NCBI GenBank assembly: GCA_047967505.1
Contig: CM106538.1
Origin: Dipteris shenzhenensis
Lineage: Eukaryota
Length of the DNA: 64,000 nucleotides
Strand: one strand, 5' to 3'
In this document: positions 9,986-23,400 of the stretch, piece after piece
Numbering within the stretch: the first letter of the stretch is position 1
How the letters are laid out: every line of letters starts with the position of its first letter
Notes under the pieces: model-generated
What the model saw: the letters and a program-made list of their open reading frames with translations, nothing else
Told to the model about the DNA's origin: nothing
Database searches by the model: none
Position numbers and translations under genes: made by a program

Positions 9986-12900
9986 TTGGCCTCTGACGAT
10001 CACCACATGCATATATATATATTTGTATCTCCCCCCTTCTGCTCCATTTTTTGTGCCATTTTTTGTATCATCTGGAGATAGATACACATTTTTTGTACCA
10101 GGACTAGACACACAGTCCTTCATAACTTTTTTTGAAGAAACGGTTGGCCGGCCCGTTTTTGAGACCGCCACCGTTATGCTCATTGTACTAGTTATCTTTA
10201 GTCTCATAGACCTTCACGGTCTCCCGAAGACTTAAATAAAATTTCTTTCTTTCTTTCTTTTTTTCTCATAGACCCGCAAGGTCTTCCGAGGACATTATTC
10301 TCTCTCTCTCTCTCTCTCTCTCTTATTTATAACATAAAAAGCTAAATGGACCTTTTATACTTATGTATCGCTTCTTACAAAGAGGCAAACTTACATTCCT
10401 AGCTTAGAAAGCACAAGCATGCTCAATCAATGTAACCGGCCTTCAACTGACAAAGGGCAGTGTAGTTGACACTATTATCTCACAAATCTGAAATGCAGCC
10501 CACATGAACCATTGCCATTGCCCACGAGCAATACTTAGAACATATATCTTCACAGCATAGCATCACTGAACCATTTAAAACAAGGGAGGCTAGAATGCCC
10601 CTACCCAAAAGCATGCAAAGTGACACCTGTTGGCCCCAACACTTGGCGCCCCTTGCGGTATTTATTTAATTACTGGTTAGCTCAAATACAAGGGACTCCC
10701 TTCAAGAGCTCACCCGCAGGTGCAACCTAGTACAATGCCAACCCATGGCTGTGCCCGTGACCAACTCCCAGTGCTATTCTCTTGGTTCCCTTCAATAGCC
10801 ATGCATAACACCAGTAGAACAACCCAACAGCATGCCAAGCAATGCATCCACATAGATCAAAGCCATTACTGAGCCCAAGGCTTGCCACTGCACCCCCAGG
10901 AAGAGAGTATCACAACTAGTGTCCCAATCCTCTCCGGGGCCAAAGGCAGGGCATCCAACCTCGCAGAAACTCAGCAAGAATGATAGTAGCATAAAGTAGA
11001 AGGAGAAGATAAGAATCTAGCCAACAGAAAGAGCATGTTTCAGCCCGAAACAGCCCTAGAAGATGGTTGAACAGAAGACAGCAGACTCTGGTAGGAGGGA
11101 GCTGCCCTTGACTGACTTCCAGCACTGGCAGAGGTCAAAAGAAAGCGTCCAGCAAGCTGTAGCAAATCCGCCATGATTGCGGCCACCAGAATAAAGATTC
11201 CATCCCACAAACACCTCAGATCTCAGTGCACCTTGCACCAGACAGAAGTTAGGAGTGAGGTGTCCAAGAATATGGCCTCAGAAGCAGGAAAGGAGGACTT
11301 TTATTACGAAGAAAGTCAAGAAAACCACCAGAAAAGGCCTAGAATGGAGGCGTCCAGGTCCAGGGGCATGCCACCAGCAGCAGGAAACACCAAGGGGAAG
11401 AGAACTGTTGTGGAGAAAGCTTCAAAATCCACTTCAGCCAGCAAGAGAGGAGCAGCAAAAAATCCGCCATCTTCAGAATGAGGGACCTCTGGTAGGGGAG
11501 AAGACTTAAAACAGCAAGGAAGGGAAAGGAAGGGCTCCAAGGCCTTCCAGGTGCTTCCAGAGGTGACACCCCGGTGCCACAAGGGAAGCAGAGAGGCCAC
11601 ACAAGCTCTACACACAGACACATGGCAAATGGGGCATGGAAATTTAATGCCCCTAGGGGGGGTCAGTTGGCAAACCATGACCCTAATGTTTGAAACCAAT
11701 GACCCTAGTTTATAGGATCTCTAGGGGGTCAATTTTTAAAGGATGACCCAAGTGAACCAAACCAATGACCTTAGAAACTGGAACCCCTCTAAAAGCACTA
11801 GGAGTTGCACTTATTGCACATGAAATCATAGGTATCCTTTGGGCATTAACTAAGACCCCTAGCCTGGCACCCCTGGCTAAATTCAGTGACAGTTAGTTTA
11901 GACACTTCACCATCACCATCACCATCACGTCCATGTGACAATCAAACTCTCTTTTGAAACTAAAAGAAAAAAGGGCTATTCAGCTCCCCGCTTTTTGTTT
12001 TCAGCTCATGATCAATCATTCTAAACATACCTAAGGCTGATACACCATAGATAAAAGACTTCATATCTAAGAATGCGCGTACTTTTTTCATTATTTTTCC
12101 TCTTGTGTAATAGTAAAGTGATCAAATTACTACATTGAGTCCAAAGTTAGAACTTGTTGGAAAAAGCAAGAAAGCAGCTTTTATAGTAAGAAGTAATTCA
12201 TTCCGCCATGTCATCCCTTATGGAGTAACACAAATAAGCAAGGAAGAACAGTCCCAAGTCCTCATGAATGCAATCAGTTTGTCAAGAGCAGCTACAAATG
12301 TCCTAATGCATCTCTCCCACTAACACCAAATTGTAAAAATATATCTAGACCTATCAAATCCAAAAGAAATTTTCAATGGCAAAGTAAACAAAGTGTTATT
12401 TTTTTTATTGAACCGTGGATGTCTATCTGCCAATGACAAGAGCAAATCTCGAGCACCATATCCACCATAAAGTTATAATTGGATACCACCTCCCAAGCCG
12501 AACCCTCTTGTGAAGAAGGCAGTGGGTCCTGAGCTAGAATAGGAAGAAAGAACAAGCCTTGCGGCTCAATGGTGCAGTGATCTACAAGGCCACATCTGCG
12601 ACATTGCTAAATGAAGAAGGCGTGATCACCCGCCTCTGCATCGTACAAAGCAAAAGCACCAAATCCTCTACCCCAAAGAGCTGCTCCCCAAGTCAAAGTG
12701 AAGAACACAGCGTCAATGTATGAAAATAATCTAAAGACTCCTCTCCAAACCACCCTGGAGATATGGCAACTCCACAAACAATGGTTGCCAGATCCCTCTA
12801 GCACCTCATGCATAAGGAAAGCCTGCCCATATGCTAAAGCTAAGAGCCAACTAGGATGCCTCTCTGAATGGTGAGCCAAAGAATGTATGAGACCTTCCTT

Positions 12901-13219
12901 ATGATCCCACAAAAGTGAGCCTAAAATCTCTCAACTGGTGCTCTGAGGTCCCTTGTGTGTGCTAATGCTAAAAAGCTGTAAGTGGGAGACACTGCTGAAT
13001 CCTGTATTCAATCTTCATGGAATATTGAAAGAAAGGGACTGGACAATTTGAAGCAATAAGAGCTGCAAGCACTAGTCCCCTGGATCTCAATCCAACTCGG
13101 CGAGGTCTCTCCTTAAAGATCCATAGCCTCCACCTAGACTCAGCCACAATGTCAATGTGAGACAGGTCTCGCAACCAAAAGTGTCAATCCTCCTGATCAA
13201 TCAGTTGTGACAACATAAG

Positions 13220-13720
13220 CCTATGAGAGGTGTCCCTATGAGAGGTGTCTGAAGTAAAGTATGAGAAAGGTGCCGGTCCTCTCTTACACCTAAACAAGAC
13301 CTTGCTCACTGAAGCTCCCAAACCATCTGAACAAGGTCTTGTTTATGTGTGAGAGAGCACCTTGCTCACTGAAGCTCTCAAACCATCTGAACTCTATCTG
13401 AGGGTATTGAGGGTCCGTGAGAGTCCCTCTCCAAGCCTATGGAATGGCTCTCTTGATCTAAAGTGAAGTATCAGCAACCTAGGGAGGTCCATATCTATGA
13501 ATGAGAGGTGTCTGGAGTAAAGTATGAGAAAGGTGTCGATGGGCCTCTCACATCTAAACAAAGTGCCCGGCTCACTGAAGCTCCCAGACCATTTGAACTC
13601 TATCTGAGGGTACTGAGGGTCCATGAGAGTCCCCTCTCCAAGCATGTGGAATGGCTCTCATGATCTAAAGTCTGGTACCCGCAACTTGGGCAAAGGCCCA
13701 CATCTGTGAATGATGGTCTC
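13220..13720. repeat. Tandem/rearranged repeat of ~200-bp units inside the L1
   Basis: GCTCACTGAAGCTC(C/T)CA(A/G)ACCAT occurs three times; GAGAGGTGTCTG(A/G)AGTAAAGTATGAGAAAGGTG and GAACTCTATCTGAGGG occur twice each. Confidence 0.8.
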
Positions 13721-13988
13721 CTCCATAATCTCATGTCCTCCACTAGACCAATCGCCAATTATAGACAAGTGAATGCCAACGTGCCAATCTAGACCTCTGC
13801 TCACTGCCAAGGGTAGCACCCTGCTACTACACTAGGGGGTTTAGGGGAAAAAGGCTGCCTTGTTAACTAGTCTGGTGGACAGAACTGCTCTAATACTAGA
13901 GAAAATGATCCCACATCTGAAAAAGTCTCCTCACCATCAGAGAATGGGCTGTCGATAATGATCCACTATGAAAATCCAGTTGACACTA

Positions 13989-14191
13989 TGATAGGGGGGA
14001 AGAAGAGTGGAGTGGAAGAGAGCAAGAGAGTGAGAGTGAGACACTCTAGTGCGGGTGTGAAGTCCAATGTGAGCCACACCACAAACTCACTTATGTTTCA
14101 TTAGGATTAGGTTTGCCCTATGACTGTCTTAAGACAGTCATAGGTGTCCTATCTTTTAATGAAGGGTTGGCAATGTGCCTTTACCCCAACA
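13989..14191 (-). repeat. 3' LTR of Copia-1
   Basis: Identical to 20275-20477 except one C/T; adjacent PPT (revcomp GGTGGGAGGT, 14192-14201). Confidence 0.97.
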
Positions 14192-14290
14192 ACCTCCCAC
14201 CTAAAGGCCAATGTGCCTAAAGGGGAGAAAAGAATAAAAATTACAGCAATATACAGTTACTGTATACAAGACCATAAAGTAAGAATGGTC

Positions 14291-17200
14291 TCATCCTAAT
14301 CCCATGATGTGGCGGCAATGTGCAAACCGCTCTGTAGGCAAGCTCTTAGTGAGCAAATCTGCAGGATTATCATCAGTATGCACTTTCACAAGCTCAAGTC
14401 GCTTGTCTTCCAGTACCTCCCTGATGAAATGATATTTCACCTCTATGTGCTTGGTCTTCTGATGAAAGACCGGATTCTTTGCCAACATGATAGCACTCTG
14501 ACTATCACAATGCAAAACTGGCATATCTCCTGTAATGCCCAAATCTCCCACCAGCCGAGTAAGCCATATTGCTTCCTTGCAAGCCTCAGTGGCTGCAACA
14601 TATTCAGCTTCTGTGGTTGACAGTGCAACGCATTTCTGCAACCGAGACACCCATGATATAGCACCTCCTGCAAATGTAAAAATATAACCGGTAGTAGACT
14701 TCCGGTTATCTGCATTCCCTGCATAGTCTGAATCTGTAAAACCATGCACCAATGCATCCTGCCTACCATAGCATATGCACAAGTCTTTGGTACCCTTGAG
14801 ATACCTCAAGACACCTTTCACTGCTTCCCAGTGCCGCTTGCCTGGATTTGCCATATACCTGCTGATGACTCCCACCGCAAAAGCAATATCCGGACGAGTG
14901 GCAACCATGGCATACATCAAAGATCCAACTGCAGATGCATACGGAACCTTGGCCATTTCAGCCTTATCATCATCTGATCTGGGGCTGTCCTTACTGCTGT
15001 GGAGGCAACGGGGTACTAATGGACTTCCCCCCTTCCATTTTAAAGCGCTGCAGTACTTTGTCAATGTACTCTTTCTGTGACAGAAACAAAAGTCCCTTGG
15101 ACCTGTCACGAGTAATACGCATGCCAAGAATATGATTTGCATCACCCAAGTCTTTCATGTCAAAAGACTTATGCAGTTGTTTCTTCAAAGCATTAATCTC
15201 ATGCTGAGATTTACTGGCAATAAGCATGTCATCCACATACAGAATGAGTAGCATCAAACTGCCATCCTTTGCCCGTTTGGTGTATAAGCAATGATCGGTC
15301 TCACACCGATGATACCCTTGGGACTGCATGAAGGCATCAAACTTCTTGTACCATTCTCTTGGTGCCTGCTTGAGTCCATACAAGCTCCTTTTGAGCTTAC
15401 ACACAAGCTGCTCTTTCCCTTTAACAGCATATCCCTCTGGCTGACTCATATAGATCTCATCATGGAGATCTCCGTGAAGAAAAGCTGTCTTCACATCCAT
15501 CTGACATAAATCCATGTCATCATGAGCAACAAGAGCTAATACTGCTCTCAAAGTAGTCATCTTGACTACAGGGGAAAAGATCTCATCAAAGTCAATGCCC
15601 TTCTCCTGCTTAAATCCCTTGGCAACCAATCTGGCCTTATACCGAGGTAAAGCATTTGAATCCACTTTGACTTTGTAAACCCACTTGCATGGCAAAACCT
15701 TTCTGCCTGCAGGTAACTGCACCAAGTCCCATGTATCATTCTGAAGTAGGGAGTCCATTTCAGATTGCATGGCTTTCTCCCACTTCTTTTTCTCTGTTCT
15801 TCCCATAGCTTCCTTGAAGCTGGAAGGCTCACCACAATCAGTCAGCATGATAAAATCAGCCACATTATTGGCTCCTGGAACAAACCTGGCAGGAGGCCGT
15901 TGTGCACGGGAGCTCCTCCTAACAAAATGTTCCGCATTAGGCTGCTGTCCAGCCTGTTGTTCATGCATGACGGGTGGCTGTACCACCATATCTGGCTGTT
16001 CTACAGCCCCATCTGTTGGCACATCCAGTGGTGCATCATTGGCAAAATTATCTGGCTGATTTTCAGCCTGTATACCCTCTTGAACAGGGTGCTCTGCAGC
16101 AGCCTGCTGCTGCATATAAATGGGCATTCTTTGCTGTCCAACATCATCATAAATAACCCTCCTGTATTCCACAGGTTGCACAGGTTCCTTGTGTACACTA
16201 TCCTCTTTAAAGATGACATCATTGCTGCGTATAATCTTCCGCTTAACGGGATCCCATAACCTGTACCCCATTTCACCTTCGTCACCATAACCCATAAAGA
16301 TGCATCTGATAGACTTTGGATCCAGTTTGGTGCGTAGTTCTTTGCGTACATGAGCAAAGCACTCGCAGCCAAATACACGTAAGTGCTTGTATGAGGGTGG
16401 CTTGCCAGACCACACCTCCTCTGGCACTTTCAACTCCAAAGCCTTGTTTGGCGACCTGTTAATAATGTGAACTGCTGTTTGCACGGCTTCTGCCCAAAAG
16501 CCATGGGGTAATGCAGCATAAGACAACATACATCGAACCTTTTTCTGAATAGTTCGATTCATCCGCTCACTTGCACCATTTTGAGATGCATTATGAGGGG
16601 CTGTGAGTTCCTGTTTGATGCCCTTAGCTTGGCAAAACTGCACAAAAGCATGTGACACATACTCACCCCCATTATCGGATCTGAGGCATTTCAGCCTACG
16701 ACCTGTCCGATTCTCTACCTGAGCGACAAATTTCTTGAAAGCATCTAAGGCATCTCCCTTATGCTTCAAGAAATAGACCCACACCTTACGTGTGGCATCA
16801 TCAATGAAAGTAATAAAATATTTTGCACCCCCTAGTGATAACTGTGGCATCTCACACAAATCAGTGTGCACTAGATCAAGTGGTGCTCTATTCTGGGGAG
16901 ATCTCCTCTTATGAGGAGTCACAGAATGCTTGCCAAAAATACAATGATCACAAGTAGGCAAATCTGAAAAAGAGAGAGGCGGCAGATAACCCAAACGTGA
17001 CAGTTCTTGCATTCCTTTAACAGACATGTGTCCCAACCGGCTATGCCACAATGAAACCTTTGGCAGCTCGGTTATGGCAACAACATGATTACCCACACTG
17101 GAAACATTAAGAGGGTACAAGGTATCACTCTTAAAACCCTCAGCCACTACAGTCTGGCCATCAGTAATCACCCATTTGGAATCCCCAAATGTGGTGTGGT

Positions 17201-18389
17201 AACCACTGTCATCCAATAAGCCAGTGCTAATCAGATTTTTCTTGATTTGCGGCACATGGCGGACACCATCAAGCATGAATGTGCGTCCATCAGGAAATAC
17301 TATCTGTATACTGCCAATCCCTGCAATCTGACATGCATAGTTGTTCCCAAGATGAACAACTCCATGAGTACCTGTGTAGGAAGTAAACCACTCCCTATGA
17401 GGAGTAACATGAAAAGAGGCACCTGAATCCAAGAGCCAGGTGTGCATGTCATGGCCATCAATAACCAAAGCATGTGCTATTACAGCAGAAGAACATAAAA
17501 CATCATGTATGTCACTGTCACTGTCCTCTGCTGCAACATTCACTGCATCCAAGTCATCTGCCTTGGCCTTGCCTTTGCCTTTGCTTGCATTTCCTGCATC
17601 CTTTGTTTCAGCCTTCTTGGCTTTCTGATCCCGTATGAACTTGAAGCACTTCGACTTCACATGTCCCTTCTTGCCACAATAAAAGCATTCAATGTCCTTT
17701 TTGCCACGGGACTGACTGCGGGATTTGGACTTACTAGCAGATCTCCCCTTCTGCTGAGTCCTGCCTCTGTCCTGTACCTGCAAAGCATTTGAAGACTTGC
17801 TGCCTGCATTATTCTTCCTGCTCATCTCCTCCATAAGGAGAGAGCTCTCTACATCAGCATAAATAAGAGTGGCATTCGAGTTTGACAAGGTGGTCTTGAA
17901 AGTGTCCCAACTCTCGGGGAGGGTACACAGCAAGAAAGTAGCCTTGAACTCCTCATCAAGGTTCAACCCCTGTGCAATCAGCTGTGTAAAGATAGCATTG
18001 AACTCACTCAAGTGTGAGGTCATAGCTGTACCTTCTTTCATGCGAAGATCAACCAGCTTCTTCAGCCAATAAACCTTACTGGCTGAGCTCTTTTGGGCAT
18101 ATAATTCTTCTAGTCTTTGCCATAGACCATAAGAGGTCTTTTCAGCCTGTACATTGAACACAAGAGTGTCTGAAATAGTGAGCATGATAGCTGCCCTCGC
18201 GGACAAGTCAAGCTCTTCCCAGTCATCAGCTGACATATCAGATGGCTTGACACCCTTCACCCTTATGGGCTTAGCAATCTTCTTTAACAGAAGTACATTC
18301 AAGCATTGTTCTGCCCATAATGGATAGTTGTGTGCTCCTTCCAGTTTCTTTATGTTCAGAATAGAAGCATCACTTCCCCCTGATGCCAT
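14291..18389 (-). pseudogene. Copia gag-pol polyprotein with a single frameshift near 15000
   Basis: MASGG start; CFYCGKKGHVKSKC knuckle; WLLDSGAS protease; WHSRLGH and DDE integrase; YKARLVAKG, QMDVKTAFLHG, LYVDDML RT; RNase H TDSDY...ADLLTK lies in the shifted frame. Confidence 0.95.
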
Positions 18390-20260
18390 ATCAGATGAGG
18401 AAAGTACCTGACACCCTGGAAGTAAAAAGACTGAATAAAAGTTCTGATTTCTCAGAAAAAAAAAAACTGCTCTATTCAAGAGCCAGAAGCACTCTCAATG
18501 GTGCTGTTTTTACTGTCAGTAAAATCTGCAGCAAAACAGTAAATGACCCTGCAAAAACTGTACCTTCTGACACACTGTTCTGAGCTCAAAGAGGCATAAA
18601 AGAACAGTAATTTCAGACTGCTGCTGCTCAACAAGTGCTTAACAGTGCATAATCATCTGACAAAATCACCAACACTGCTGTAAACACTGCTGTACTGACT
18701 GTACTGATCACTTCTCCCACCTCAGATGAGGTCTTGCACTGAGTTAAATTGCAGAAACCACTTGACTAACATCCAAAAAAAAATAAATGATCCTTCAGCC
18801 TGTTACAAAGCCTGCAACAGAAAATGGGATAAATCCCAAGCAATCACCCTTATACCAAGGGGAGAAAATGCATCTGAAGATCTCTGTCAGTATCCCAAGT
18901 GCTGTCAAACAAAGTTTGGGCAAAAGCCCCTTGATCTGACAACTGAATCAAGTGGAGAACACCTCAACACTGAGGTAGCATGCAACATGAAAATCTCTCT
19001 GACAAAAAATATCCACCAGTGTAATGCATATACTGCCCTGTGTAGAAATGACATACACAGATCCCAACGTACAAACACTCAATGAGGAACCTTTTGAGCA
19101 CTGTCAACGATGGACAGTTAGGGACCGAGTAAACTCGATGCGCCCTGGCCAAGCGTGGCTCAACTGAAGTTCTCTGAGTGTTGCACAAGAAATGTGACCT
19201 GCAAGTAAATGTCACCTCGACACTGCGGAAATCAAGACAAAAGTGTGCTCTCTGGCACCACACTGCCTCAAGGCATACAATGCATCACCTTCCGTGCAAA
19301 AGCCCTATGATCTGCTCACCTGTAAACTGAGATTCAACCCAGTAAAAGCATATGTCCTCTTGCAAAATCAAGGCATTACATTCCCAGAACAGAATAACTG
19401 TGCAATCAACCACGCACTGTGGTTCCTTCACCTCAAGCACGAGATGAATGAAAGTACTGGCTGTACTTTCAAGATAAGACAGTTTTTGTGAACTGAAAAA
19501 TGACCTTGAATCAAGAGAAATGAAGAGCAGAATGCTCTTTCTCCTCTCTTTCTTTCCCAAAAAAAAAAGACTGGACCTGCTGTACTTTAGTACCTGTGTA
19601 CCTGTGCAGGGTACAGATGTACCTGCTGTACCTGTGCAGGGTACAAATCCAAGGAGAAATGTACTCCTCTGACGCAGATCCAGAAAAACGATGTCTTCCT
19701 GTCGAAAGTCCCTGACACAGCTCCCGAAAAACCGAAAAAAGTACCTCCCTGCTGCACAAAAAACGAAAAAAACAGCTCCCTGTAGGTATGGCAGTACGGA
19801 CGTACGGCCACCGTACAACTGTACGGCCGTACAGATGTACGGCGCACGAAAGAGGCCTGCACCTGCGCGATGCGCCGCCTTGCTGCCCGCAGATCTGCTG
19901 CTGCCCTGTGTACGAAGTGCGCCCGCAGATCTGCTGCTGCCCTGTGTACGAAGTGCGCCGCCCTGCGCGCGAAATGCACCTGCAGGCAGCTGTATAGCTG
20001 CTTGATGCAGCTCCGCCCTGCAGCTATGTAGCTGCTGTACAGCCCGCGATCTGCGACCACGCCTGTGACCACGCCCGTGACCACGCCCGCTACCACACTT
20101 TGCACTGCTGCGCCGCCTGCGCACTGTGCTGCTACGCTGTCGCAGTCCGTCCGTACGACTGTACGGACGAAGTACGGTCGTACGGTACGGTCCGTACGTC
20201 CGTACGGAAAAGGTTAGGCTAGGGAGAGGAAGCTAGGGAGAGGAGGCAAGGGAAAAGGAG

Positions 20261-20272
20261 GCTCTGATACCA
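20261..20272 (-). promoter_or_regulatory. Primer binding site (initiator Met tRNA) of Copia-1
   Basis: GCTCTGATACCA = revcomp TGGTATCAGAGC, 2 nt from the LTR. Confidence 0.95.
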
Positions 20273-20274
20273 GT

Positions 20275-20477
20275 TGATAGGGGGGAAGAAGAGTGGAGTG
20301 GAAGAGAGCAAGAGAGTGAGAGTGAGACACTCTAGTGCGGGTGTGAAGTCCAATGTGAGCCACACCACAAACTCACTTATGTTTTATTAGGATTAGGTTT
20401 GCCCTATGACTGTCTTAAGACAGTCATAGGTGTCCTATCTTTTAATGAAGGGTTGGCAATGTGCCTTTACCCCAACA
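20275..20477 (-). repeat. 5' LTR of Copia-1
   Basis: Direct repeat of 13989-14191, adjacent to the PBS. Confidence 0.97.
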
Positions 20478-23400
20478 CACTACCCAACCATTGCCCTATT
20501 GCTCCTGATGTGCACTGTAGAAACCATGAAATGGGAATTGCTTCCATGGCTCGTCTCCTAGAGTCAAGCCTCTAACAAGAAGCTTAACCAGGAGTGCCCT
20601 ACTCTGAAGCTCTAGATCAAGAATCCCAAGTCTCCCTATGATGTAGGAAGAGTGATAGTGTCCCATGATACTCTGGCTCTAGGGTCCATTAAATCATCCC
20701 CTCCACTCCACAAGAAGTTCCTAAGCAATTTCCTCACCTGTCTCATATTGTCAGCATGGAAACATCCACAAGAGACCACATACCACATGATGGCCAAAAG
20801 TACCTGATTGAGCACCAGTGCTCTACCAGCCAAGAAAAGTCTCCAAAACAAGGGACAGATCCACACCTACCTCAATCCCTGAGTACATGGTGGAAGTAGC
20901 TTTGGGAATCCAAAACAAAACTTATATCAGCTCCCCAATCCGGAATATCTTGCTCAGCACTAGCCTTTGATTTGCCCCAATTGGCAAGCCACCCTAAGGC
21001 TAGGTAGAACTTGTCAATGGATGTGGCAGTAGCAGTCAAGCTATGCTGCTGATCTCCCTTAATTGTCATTGGCATATCATCTACAAACTCTGTTTCTACA
21101 AGCTCCCACTTTTGGGAGATAGCCCCAAAGTCCCTGTAGCCTACGAGAAGTAGCCCATCACCTCCGCCACAAAAAGAAACAGCTATGGTGCAAGAGGCCC
21201 ACCCCTGTTTGACCGATATGGATAACTGGAATGCTGGGCCACATTCCACATATCACCATTCTGCTAGCCGATTCTGAGAAAAGGGAAGATACACATGAAA
21301 TCCACGTCACTGAAGCCTAGTCTCCTAAAGGTGCCCTCTAGGAAACTCTAGTCAGCTCTATTATGTGCCTTCTCAAGATCAAGAAGTAGAACGGCAATAT
21401 CCTGCTAGCTAGCCTATGCCCTCCCAAAAAGTGAGCACATTGTCTAAGATGCAGTGATCCTGAACAAAGCCTATTTGAGTGGCTCGGATGATGTCGCACA
21501 ACAAGGGTCTAACATGCAGTGCCAAAGTCTTAACCAAGATCGTGTAGGTAGTCCCAAGAAGTGTATTGTGTCTCCAGTTCCTAAGATTCGAGATGAGACT
21601 AATAAGAGTTATACACAAGGGCTCTCCAAAAGATCCCAGCTGAAGAGCCACTACAAAAGCAGACGAAGATGAGGTCCAATGATCTCCCACATGGTCCTGA
21701 AAAATAGTGGATCCTCTCCGGGGCATTCCATGGGTAGCTCTTGTAGGACATCTGTAACCTCCTAAAGAGAGATTGGTCTATCCAACAGTTGCTCATCTTA
21801 TCTGAGACGACCTGCAAAACTCCCTCGCTTTGGCTATTCATCTGTTATTGGGTTTGCTGTATAGAAACGGGAATAGAAGTCTGATGCAATCTCCATGAGA
21901 CGATGAGGGTCCGCTTGCAATACATCAGCATCATCTATAGGCAATCGGAGGAATATCTCTATCCAACTGCTCTGAAGAACTCTCTCGAGCATCTATCACC
22001 CTTCTGGATTCAGAAGGTCTCTTGTGAGTAGAAGAGGAACTGAGCTCTCCTAGCTTGCAACTCTTGCAATTCTCCTGTGCTGCTCTCCAAGAAAATGTAG
22101 TCCAGTAACCTTTGTACCATACGATGTAATCTAGCTATCTCTGCAACGTCCACCTTCTCCCTCTCTCTATGTTTTCTTTTTCGCTTTTCCTTTCAACTGG
22201 CATGCAACAATGACCTCCCTAGAGCCTTCTCCACCCGTCCTAGCCCCACTCGTCTGTCCTCTGAGAGCTAGATGTCTTGAAGCTCCTGCACAAACTCGAT
22301 CTCCTCAACAAAAAAATCCGAAACTCTGATTGCACCAGCGCCACCTAGTTTGAATGTCAACAAAACCTGTAGCAACACCGGGTCCTAGTGAGAGAACTAA
22401 TTAAGGAAAGGATCCATAGGAGACCCAATGATTGTAAACTATCTGCCAGGAGTGAAATCATCCAGCCGAGATGAATCCTGAAGTCCAGCATGAAGCATGA
22501 AGCAGTCCCACTCTACCTCTCTCTATCTGTCATCCGCCCTCCCTCTGACCAATCTTGTCTTTGGATAATTCAACCATGTTGAAATCTCTTCCAGCAATCC
22601 AAGTGTCTGCCTATGGACGTGTCTCCCTAAGCTGCCTCCAAAAGATGCGTCTATGCCCAGGTATAATGGGAGCATATACATTGAGAATACCAATGGTAGT
22701 ATTCTCAAACTGGATGATGATGTAAACTGCTCTGCTTCTGAATGATATCTGCAACTCATCTGGCAAAAACAGAAGTGCAAATCCCACCTCTAATGCCATC
22801 TGCTGGACTCCATATATATAGTCCTGCAATCTCCCTGATAAGTGATCTGCATCTGTCAATCCTCGCCTGCAACAACTTGGGTTCCTCAATGAGTACAATG
22901 TCCTGTTAGGTTGTGAGAACTAGGCCTCTAGTTTGAGACGTCGCCTTCAATTTCATCTCTGTTGCTGTATTTTTTTTCTAGACCTGGTCAATTTGCTGTA
23001 ATCTCTGCCATGGAGTGCAGGTTGGAGCTATCGCCATATCGTTGAAGGGGGTTCTTCCTTGCCTGTATGGTGTTCAGGACTGGTTTGTCATACTTTCTAC
23101 CGCCGCCTCTGATTCTGCAGCCACCACGCCTGTTTTTTTTCAAAGACGTTATTACAGCATGTTGCCAATTTTCTCTGTTGCCCAACGCCCATTTTCTCTA
23201 AAGCCTTAGTGAAACTTTACTAAGGTTCCTTAATCTCAATTTTGGCTATCCACGACCATCGTATATGCATCACTCCTTCGTTGCCTATGTCTCCTCTTCT
23301 CTCCACCGGGCTGTTTGACTCTAAAGCAGCACTTTTGTACATAACAAATCTCAGCATCTGAATGGGCATAATGAACAACTTTCATATATGTAATGTCTAC

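Larger units (their letters stand above)
6677..10266 (+). mobile_element. 5'-truncated, internally deleted non-LTR retrotransposon, RTEX-like
   Basis: ORF1 end, APE, RT and CCHC domains; 3' hairpin at 10200-10232, AATAAA and (TTTC)n tail; flanked by a direct repeat at 6605-6676 / 10267-10322. Confidence 0.85.
13989..20477 (-). mobile_element. Full-length Ty1/Copia LTR retrotransposon (Tnt1/Tork-like), very young
   Basis: 203-bp LTRs TG...CA at 13989-14191 and 20275-20477 with one mismatch; TSD CACTA at 13984-13988 and 20478-20482; Met-tRNA PBS; PPT; near-complete gag-pol. Confidence 0.97.

Noticed and set aside
10113-10136. Third PIP box (QSFITFF)
   Set aside because: Spacing is one residue short and it lies in the probable 3' UTR.
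10628-10652. LTR end plus TGGCGCCC PBS
   Set aside because: No partner LTR or downstream gag found.
11173-11481. Basic low-complexity ORF as a host gene
   Set aside because: No recognisable domain or splice support; origin unresolved.
13984-13988. CACTA transposon terminus
   Set aside because: CACTA occurs as a direct repeat flanking LTRs, so it is the Copia TSD.
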